A stretch of DNA of 64,000 nucleotides from positions 1,984,001 through 2,048,000 of the forward strand of contig CP075493.1 of assembly GCA_021613535.1 (NCBI GenBank), written 5' to 3'. The notes under the pieces are model-generated. The model had not been told where the DNA came from. It was given only the letters and a program-made list of their open reading frames with translations, and searched no databases. Position numbers and translations under genes: made by a program. The DNA is from Adineta vaga (lineage: Eukaryota > Animalia > Rotifera). Of the stretch, positions 54,664 through 64,000 are shown piece by piece. Within the stretch, counting starts at the first letter, position 1. The number at the start of each line of letters is the position of its first letter.

Positions 54664-55719
54664 ATGATGGATGAGGAAAGTATTCGTCTGTTAGATGATC
54701 TATTCAATGAAGATTATCATTCAAACGAACCAGGACTTGCTGTACTTATTGTTATTAATAATGAAATTGTTTATCAACGTTGTTATGGTTTAGCTAATCT
54801 CGATCAATGTATAGAAATTACACCTGAAACTAATTTTCGTTTAGCATCGTTGACAAAACAATTTACAGCCTATGGAATTATGATACTTGAACAACAAGAA
54901 AAATTATTAAGAACAAATACGATTGGACGATTTTTTTCGGAAGAATTTCAAACCAAATGTCCTTATCTTAGCAAACAAGTAACTATTCAACATTTACTTG
55001 AACATTCATCAGGAATCATGGATTATGAAATGCATGATAATGAAGATCATTTACAATGGTCTGATTTTGATGTATTAGAGATTTTAACTGATGAAACATT
55101 TTTCACTCCGGGTACACATTATCGATATAGTAATACTGGTTATATTCTTTTAGGTTTAATTATTGAAATTATTTCTCAACAATCATTAGAACAGTTTTTC
55201 TCTAAGAATATCTTCGAACCATTGCATATGAAAACAAGTATTCTCTACAATTCTGATCGAATTGTAATCAATAATCGAGCTTTAGGTTATAGAAAACAAA
55301 TCAATGAACAGAAATATAAATTATTTGATCAAAGTACAACGAGTGCAACGAGAGGCGATGGAGGAATTTATATGTGTTTGAAAGATTATCTTCAATGGTA
55401 TCGTGAGTGTCCGATTTTATCATCGACAGCATTTCCCATTGATGAGGCACCATTGGAAACATATCATTATGAACTTGGTTGGTTTTTAACCGATTCGAAA
55501 GGTGAAATACGTTTACATTCAGGAAATACATGTGGTTTTACTCATCAAGTGTATCGTATTGATGACGAAAGCAGAAAAATTCTCGTTTTATATTTAACCA
55601 ATCTTGGAGAAAATAACGAACGAATTGAAAAATTTAATCGATTAATTGTTGATAAATTTCCTTTATTAAATCCCAAAACGACTAATCTTTTATGGAATAT
55701 GGTAGGATTAACTAGATAA
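54664..55719 (+). CDS. Beta-lactamase-family (AmpC-like) serine hydrolase, intronless, bacterial-like
   Basis: SxxK (FRLASLTKQF), LLEHSSG, YxN (PGTHYRYSNTGY), IFEPLHM, GDGGIY, and HSG triad. Confidence 0.9.
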   Translation: MMDEESIRLLDDLFNEDYHSNEPGLAVLIVINNEIVYQRCYGLANLDQCIEITPETNFRLASLTKQFTAYGIMILEQQEKLLRTNTIGRFFSEEFQTKCPYLSKQVTIQHLLEHSSGIMDYEMHDNEDHLQWSDFDVLEILTDETFFTPGTHYRYSNTGYILLGLIIEIISQQSLEQFFSKNIFEPLHMKTSILYNSDRIVINNRALGYRKQINEQKYKLFDQSTTSATRGDGGIYMCLKDYLQWYRECPILSSTAFPIDEAPLETYHYELGWFLTDSKGEIRLHSGNTCGFTHQVYRIDDESRKILVLYLTNLGENNERIEKFNRLIVDKFPLLNPKTTNLLWNMVGLTR

Positions 55720-56199
55720 GGAAAATTTTGACATTTTCAAATATACTTCAATATATTGCTCATTTTGTTTTCTTCTTTCAAATGAAGACAATTAACTTTT
55801 GAGATTAAACAGCTAACATCTTGTTCTTTTTCTCTCATTATTATTTAACTATTTTTAGAACAGACGATAGAAAATTTGTTATGTACATCAACAAAATCTT
55901 CTGTTTTTGTAGATGACATCTTTCAAGGCAAAAATAGCAAATTACCTCGTTTCAAACAATAGAAATAACTATGATTCTTATCTGAATCTTTAAGAAGAAT
56001 AAAATACATTTATTGAATTAAAATCTTTCTTTTTTTGTGACAAACAAAAATCTGTTAACAATCTGCACTTAACATTCATCTTTCCTAAATCTTAGAATAA
56101 ATCAAATGAGAATTCTGATCGATCGAAGAGATTAAATTACTGTCTATTAGTTCGATAAAGAAAAACAAAATTCCGATCGAATTTTGTATAAATACTATA

Positions 56200-57718
56200 T
56201 TAATGTCCTGTTGTCATTCGATGACGACAAACAGGACAAATCCCTGTCACTGATAACCAAGTTCGAACACACTCAGAATGGAAGAGATGAGCACATTCAA
56301 GTTTTTTAATAGGTTCATCGAATTTAAAACTTGTTTGACAGATCGCACTTGAAACAAATAAACAAAGATAAATTTATTATCATACAAAAAAAAGTAACAA
56401 CATACCATTCAGTTTGATTATACTGATCAGGTTCTTTACCGAATAAAACCATTGGTATTGCATCAATACCTGATTGAGTTGCTGGCGGATCTCGTGGAAT
56501 ATGTACAGGAGCTGATGAAACCCAATTCTAAATAATAAGATATTATTATTAATACAAATTAATTCCATTTTCTTATTTTACGCGAAGAACTTCGAGAAGT
56601 GGTACAGTAATCGATGCTGGTAAACAATAACTTAAAACAAATCCAAAGAAAACGCCCAAACAACAAAGTATTAAAAATAAAGGTACGGCCATTAATGGTG
56701 TTAAAATTCGTATCCATTCCCAAATTAATAGAATACGATATAAGATTGGTGCATCCATTTGACATGGTTCTCCGGTTCGTGGATGATATAAAATTAAAAC
56801 TCCTACAGATAAATAATAGATAACGACCAGCGAAGCAAAATAATTAAATATATATTGAAAAATATAATAATATGAATAAAATTGTTGACCACTATTCAAT
56901 CGATTACATAATTGACTAACTAAACTATTAATAATATGCATAGCTGTAGAACAACTAAATATAATTAAACCAATTGATGCATAAGTTTTTAATGGTGCAC
57001 CTAAGTATAAATCGAAGATATTTTCATAGGTACATGTTGAATTTGAAACATTTTTCATTGCTAAACTTATTGTTAAGAAATAAATACTATTGATAATTAA
57101 AACAAAGGATATAATAAAACATTCTAAACGAAATGAACGTCGTTGTGGTAGAACAGGTTTTGTTGGCGGCATAATCATAAGTAATATTGTACTAAAACAA
57201 ACGATGCCTAGACAAAATCTCATTCGTTGACATTCGATATCAGATGGAATAGGTGTCATTAGAATATGACCTGCACCGAAAATGACAGGTATTAATTTAA
57301 AGAAAAGAAAAAATCCTCGTAATGATGAAACACGTCGAGATTGCTCGGTTTTTTCTTCATCGGTCAATTGACGTTGACCTGGTAAAATACAACGAAAGAA
57401 ATTGAGAAAAATAATACCAAAATCAATAAAATAAAATACTAATAAAGTTAATGTTGTTGAAGTAAAACTATTTGATACATAACACGGATGTTCACCTTGA
57501 TTAAGTCCAATAAGAAGAATAATAATATCAATTATTCGATAACATATATGAAGTAAACTTCCACCAAAAATTTGATCACACAAATGAAAATATTTCATCC
57601 ATCCACTTTCATTTCGACGAGTTCTTGTTCTTGTCGTATCATTTTCTCCCATTTCAATCGATTCATCATTCAATGTGAATGATGATTGAGGTGGTAATAT
57701 TGCAGATTCAGTTGCCAT
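56200..57718 (-). CDS. Multi-pass transmembrane RING-H2 E3 ubiquitin ligase
   Basis: About 8-9 TM segments, then after two introns CAICQTSFKFDEPIKKLECAHLFHSECVRTWLSVTGICPVCR (C3H2C3). Confidence 0.88.
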
Positions 57719-58294
57719 TATCAACAAACGTAGACTACAAAATAATAATGAAAAAAAGACGCTGGTGAACACTTATTAATGAAATTTACGGATATTAAAC
57801 ATGTCTATCGTGTTTTGTAATACTCAAATTAACAAATGAAAGAAAGAAAAAGATTTTGTTAGTTTCCGTTTCTTTTTGTATTCTCTATTGCCTTCAAGTA
57901 TTCTAATGTTAATAATTATATTCAGTCAAAAATATAATAAATGTTAACAGGATGTTCAATGAAATAGACTTTAAAGAAAATGTTTAGAATGAATTGACAC
58001 GAAATAACGATTTTTATCTCGATGATGTAAGAGACAGAAGAAAAAAAGTCAGTCATGCGAATGTTCAAATTAACATTTGAATAGCTTACTTTCTTTTTTT
58101 GTGTAATGCTCACCCAGAGACAGAAAAAGAAGTTTGAACACTGTTATCATAGGTTAATTCGACGAACCAACCAATTAAATGATCGGACTATGGTGGCATT
58201 ACAATCGATGTTAGTAAACATGTTGATAACCTCGATAATCCGAAGAATGTACTGAGAAACGCCTATTTTTTTTGTGTTGCTTCATTTTTTGAGA

Positions 58295-59480
58295 ATGGAA
58301 AAAAAAGATAATACGTCGATAGTAAAAAAGCAACCCGTTCGTCAAGAGCGGTGGTATTTTGGTGGTTTAGCTGGTGTACTTGCAGCATGTTGTACACATC
58401 CACTTGATACATTAAAAGTTCAATTACAAACTCAACAACGTGCTGATTATGGACTTGTCTGTAGGAAACGAACATACGCAGTTTTCTTTGTTAAATAAAC
58501 GAAATGATTGTTTGTTTCTTTTAGCAATGGCGGTTAAAGTTATACGTGATGATGGTTTCTTAGCACTTTATAATGGTCTATCAGCATCATGTTTACGTCA
58601 AGCAACATATACGACAACACGTTTCGCAATCTATGGTGCTATAAAATCGATGAAATCAGATTCAAATTTAAGTTTTATAGAAAAAATTGCTCTTGCTGCT
58701 GGTTCGGGAGCTATTGGAGCTTTTGTTGGTTTGTTCTAATGAATTTATTCTGAAGGGCATTTCATTATACTTTCGAATTATTTAGGTGCACCAGCAGATC
58801 TTGTGAATGTTCGCATGCAGAATGATTGTAAATTACCGAAAGAAAAACGTCGAAATTATAAACATGCAATTGATGGTGTTTTACGAATATCGCGTGAAGA
58901 AGGACCAAAAAGATTATTTAATGGTAAATAAATTAAAACTGTAATCTTATTATTCTATTCTATTCTATTATGTAGGTGCATCGATGGCTGTTATTCGTGG
59001 AGCATTTGTTACCGTTGGTCAAATTGCATTTTATGAACAAGCAAAACAAGTTTTATTAGCTAGCGGTTATTTTAAAGATGATATCATAACTCATTTTAGT
59101 TCAAGTTTTCTTGCCGGTAAAATTTAATTTCTCAAGCAAAAATAAAAATAAGTTATTTGTTGTTATTGTTGTTCTTTTCAGGTGCTGGTGCTACTTTATT
59201 AACAATGCCATTAGATGTTATGAAAACTCGTTTAATGAATGCACCCCCAGGCACATACAATTCAATATTTGATTGTTTTAAAGATATTGTGAAAGTTGGA
59301 CCGAGTGGCTTATTTAAAGGTTTTATTCCAGCTTTTATTCGTCTTGGTAAAATCAATCTATTTTTTTTCTCCAAATATTCATCAACGAAATTTCTTTTAG
59401 GTCCACATACAATTCTAATGTTTGTCTTTCTTGAACAATTGAAAAAACATTTTGGTTATATCAAAAGTGAAAAGCAGTAA
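58295..59480 (+). CDS. SLC25A10: Mitochondrial dicarboxylate carrier
   Basis: RWYFGGLAGVLAACCTHPLDTLKVQLQTQ, LYNGLSASCLRQATYTTTRF, PADLVNVRMQND, PLDVMKTRLMN, RLGPHT. Confidence 0.93.
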
Positions 59481-59910
59481 CATATCCATAGACTCTCCAA
59501 ATATGATCTCTCCAGATGCTCAATTTCGTTTTCCCGTAGTATTATCAATAACGGAATAGACTCTAAACTATTCTCCTCTCATCTATATAGTATACAATAA
59601 TATGCCCTTTCAAAGTAAAAAAAACGAGATGTAAGGCTTTATAACTTTCTATCCTTTCGAGTTCGTTTATTTATGTTGTTATTTTTTATGCTTATAGAAC
59701 GATATTTGATGCGTAGAATAAATGTCATATTGTTCACATTTATTTTTTGATTAATAAAGAAAAAAAACATAGACTGATACATAAAAAACAATTCATATGT
59801 TTATTTCTCAGAAATTATTCGAAGTTTTATTCCAATCAATGAAATTTGATCATATCGAAACAGAAATTCGATATATAAATAACAGATTTTTGTTTTGAAT
59901 TCTTTTAGAA

Positions 59911-62021
59911 ATGAAAAAACCGAATAGAAATAAATCAATCTCATCGATATCTTCATCAACTATTCCGACAACATCTCATGTCGAATCTACTGCTTTACCA
60001 TTGGATTTCGAACTTTTTAGTTCTTATTCTCATGAACAAGTTCATATTTACGATAAACTTTGTTCAAGTATTTCATCAATTTGTGAAATAGCTTATTGTA
60101 CATCAGAAGGTATTATCATCTGTGTACCTCAAACCTATCAACGTCTTTCGTCATCATCACAAAATCTTTCTTCCTCTTCATCATCGTCTTCGATGCTTAT
60201 CTCTCGTATATCATATCCATTTCAATCAACTGATCAAACCAATTCGATAACAACAAATTCATCTTCATATATTTTCTTCGAAAAAATCAAAACTCATCAT
60301 CTTTCTCGTTTATATGAATCTTATAAACGTCGTCCAACATCATTATCATCATTTGATCGTTTACTTTGTTTCGATACGAATCAATATAAAGGTTTTCGTC
60401 GATGTTTATTCTCTCCATGTGATATAACATTAAATCAAGGACAAAGTATTCTAGCATGTATTACCTGTGCTCATGAAGTTTTCATTTATGAAATTATTTC
60501 CTCATCGAAACGTTTTTTTCTTTCACAATCATCGAATTTAAAATTTGATTTAACAAAATATCTTTTCGAACATGTTCAATTCGAAAAATATCTTCATGAT
60601 TCCGATGATGAACACGATTATCGTTTACTTTATTTTCATTTAACAACAAATATTCTATGGAATCGAAATGGTACATTACTATTTCAATTACAATATTCTG
60701 GTCATGTTATTATATGGAAATTTAATCGATTAGAAAAAGAAATCTTAGCGATTCTTGATACGAAGATTTGCAAACCATTAGTTATGACATGGAATGATGA
60801 TTGTCAGATTTTAGTCATTATTGGAAAAGAAAATCAACGGAAATTAATACAAATCGATGGAATGAATGTTTGTGATATAAATATTCAAGAGAATGATTAT
60901 ATGAATGCTGAACATGCAGAATTAATCAAATTGAATGAGAAAAATTTAATATTAATTGAAAGTAAAATGAATTATTGTTTATTTTATGAAATTTGTTGTA
61001 CATCAACTCAGGTAAGTTCAATGTTTACAATGATAAGACTTGAAAAATCTTTATTTTTTAGTCTTATGAATGCAATCAAATCGATCATCGTCTTCTTCCT
61101 TCACCTATCATTGGTTTTCATCATCGAAATTCTTCATTAATAATCGGTTGTGAAGATGGTTCAATACATTCCTTACACATTTCCACTGAATCAACTCCGA
61201 AGATTCTCGATATAAAACTCATCACGACTGGTCAAATCAAATCATGTTCACGTAAACCATTACTTCTTCGTCATTTTCATTTATCAGCAAATGATTTACT
61301 TCTTGCACGAATCTTCTATTCTCCAATCGTTGCACCAAATGTTAAATTTGGATTTGTACTTTGTACATTACATCGTTGGTCATCAACTTCTGCAACAACA
61401 ACTTTCGATGAAATCATTGAGAATTTCTTAGGACGAATCGACAGACCATTATGGCATTCATCTGATGAATTAGCTGTTATATTAAATGAAATTACACGTG
61501 GTACAACACATCATTATCAACAGAAAAAGATTATGGATGAAAATTTTCTTTCACTTCAACGTTTATGTCGTTTACAAAGTTTATTAAATAATACAAAACA
61601 ATTACAACTCATTGAAAATCAGTTATTACAAAACTATCGACAACGATTTTCACAAATTTTAACTTCACATTTTTCGAAACTGATCAATAAACTTTCTTCC
61701 ATTGAATCATTAATATATACTGTTTGTTGTAAAGATGATACATTCTCTTCATCAAATTTATTATTATGTCCAATGTGCAATACTTCGTTAACAATGACAA
61801 CAAATGATCTTGTGTCATGTGTATGTGTTAATAAACATATTTGGCCACGATGTTGTCGAACATTACTACCATTACCATTTGAAAATGCTCAAACATGTTC
61901 ATTATGCGATCGAACTATAACATTAATTGATATTCACGATGAAAATTATGCTCATTTTGCAAAATATAAAGATAAAGATTTAAATTTTTTATTTTCATCG
62001 ATCTGTACTTATTGTATGTGA
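59911..62021 (+). CDS. Probable TFIIIC subunit (GTF3C4/TFIIIC90-like): beta-propeller-like N-terminus plus C-terminal Zn finger
   Basis: Single intron 61012-61061. C-terminal CPMC...CVNKHIWPRCCRT...CSLC resembles the TFIIIC zinc finger; IIGCEDGSI is a WD-like strand. Confidence 0.65.
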
Positions 62022-62264
62022 TATAATTCAATAAACAAACGAATAGGAATATCATGACATGGAAATAAAAAATGATAATTCTTTCTTTTCTATAATAGAT
62101 AAATAACTACTGCCATCTGTTTTCTTATCTATATGATTGGAGTTATTTTAGAAATATATTTGAGACTGTGAGAATGAATGAATGAATAACATATATCTCT
62201 GTCTGTTATAGATGACCGGTTATATATAGTCTTCAAATCTGTTTTAAATTATAATTCTACTATT

Positions 62265-63982
62265 ATGTTGCTTAAATTGACTATTCTTACAATATTTTTC
62301 TATCAAATCTTCTCTGTTACATCATCTTCATCAGTGTTACCATGTTCTTTCATTTGCCTCAATCAAACAAATGCTTCACCAAAACCACCAGTTTTTTATA
62401 TCAATAATACAATTGAAGATGTCTTGATTTCCTTTGCAATTAATTGTAATACAACAGACAATTTAACATATGCCAATATTTCTGTGTCCATTGACAATGC
62501 ACATTCGATTGAAATCAAAAATTCTCTACCATTAAATCTTTTTTCATTCAATTCTGAATCACAAAATTTAACATTTAATTTAACTATTCATGGAAATCTT
62601 CTTGGTTATAGTCGTTTATCTTTATATGCAGAATATCTCAATCAAACGAAATATGTTTTAAATTATACAAATAATCTTAACATTGATTTTGCTGTGAAAA
62701 GAAAGAGTACAATATTGGATACCATATTTACTGTTATTGTTATCATATTAGTTTGTATTGGAACATTTTTAATTGGTTGTCGATTAGTTAAACAAAATCT
62801 TTATGCCAATATACGACGACCTGTGCCAATCCTTATTGGTCTATCGAGTCAATTCATATGTTTACCATTAGTAAGTAAAATGAAGGTGAATTTTAGAAGA
62901 GAAATGTTTCTTATTTTCAGATAGCCTTTGGTTTGGCCAAACTTGCGAAACTTGATTCATCGACAGCTATTGGTTTAATATCAACAGGTTCGGCACCAGG
63001 TGGTGGAGCATCGAATATGTATACAGCAATGTATGGAGGCGATGTTGATCTTTCTGCTTCAATGACATTTAGTAGTACAATACTGGCATTTGGTTAGTTT
63101 GAGCATTCGTTTGAATTTAGTTTAATTTTTGATATTTCTTCTCAGGTACATTTCCATTATGGATTCTTCTATTAGGTCGAGAATTTATCGATACACATAA
63201 TGTACATTTTCCGTATGTATTTAATCGTATGATTAAGAAGAATTTTATGAGTATGTTTTTAGATGGGAAAATATGTTTGCCACATTGATTTGTTTGATTG
63301 TACCGGCCGGTAAGAGACTTTATAAAAGTGAACTGTGTCAAATATTTTTTGTAATTTAAAGGTTTTGGTTTATTACTTCGATGGCAAAAACCGAGAATTG
63401 CCGATCGACTAACACGATATCTTCGATTTCTTACTTTATTTTTTATCGTATATATATTAACATTTGGTATTTATACGAATCTTTATGTATTTAAATTGAT
63501 TAATTTTCGGACTGTAATCGTCAGTGCGATTTTACCATATACTGGTTTTCTTATTGGATTTCTTATGTCAATCATAACACGACAGAGTAAAGAACGGCTT
63601 ATTGCAATATTTATTGAAAGTGGTATGAAAATCTTTCTCATCTTCAACGAATTAAATCTTCATATTCTTCGGCTTTTTTCTTAAGGTTTACAAAATACTG
63701 GTGTTGCGATATTCTTTCTTCGTTTATCTCTTCCTCAACCTGATAGTGATCTTGCTATTGTCGTACCAATTTTCGTACGTTTCATTATTTCTTCTTTCCG
63801 TATATCTAATCGAAGCTTTCTTTCAGGTTGCTATTGCAATTCCAATTCCACTTTTGATTATCTATACATTCCTAAGTATCTATCGACGTTATCACAAACA
63901 AGATAATCTAGTGACAAGCATTAACGATGGCCATGATCGTGCTGATTATGAACAATTGCCAACGAGTGATAATGAACAATAA
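62265..63982 (+). CDS. SLC10-family sodium/bile-acid cotransporter with a signal peptide and glycosylated ectodomain
   Basis: IGLSSQFICLPL, GSAPGGGASNMYT, GDVDLSASMTFSST, and IESG|LQNTGVA; multi-exon; stop at 63982. Confidence 0.92.
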
Positions 63983-64000
63983 ATAAAAACTTTCGTTCTT

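Overview
AT-rich, gene-dense eukaryotic (metazoan) DNA with short GT-AG introns (mostly ~45-75 nt). This architecture, together with intronless bacterial-like enzyme genes and an ART-TPR gene, suggests a bdelloid rotifer; that assignment is inference, not proof. About 30 protein-coding genes can be reconstructed by hand-splicing. Conserved genes: SLK/STK10-like kinase, TLC-domain protein, alpha-arrestin, PP2A B55 subunit, RPLP2, p38 MAPK, TOP1, peptide GPCR, IgLON/lachesin-like protein, MED4, an aldo-keto reductase with a frameshift, TM RING-H2 ligase, SLC25A10, a GTF3C4-like protein and SLC10A. Horizontal-transfer candidates: a PIG-L/LmbE deacetylase and a beta-lactamase-family serine hydrolase. 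The most striking element is fragmented in the ORF track: a 7-coding-exon gene at 38243-39722 encoding a 376-aa secreted polyprotein. It is predicted to be cleaved into six C-terminally amidated, 40-51-aa helix-Pro-hinge-helix peptides, a precursor layout like that of multi-peptide antimicrobial or membrane-active precursors, although these peptides are anionic or neutral. Nearby are a disulfide-looped amidated neuropeptide precursor (40921-41253) and a head-to-head pair of 8-Cys three-finger (Ly6/uPAR) genes, one GPI-anchored and one secreted, both missed by the ORF track. No rRNA, tRNA, CRISPR array or recognisable transposon was found.
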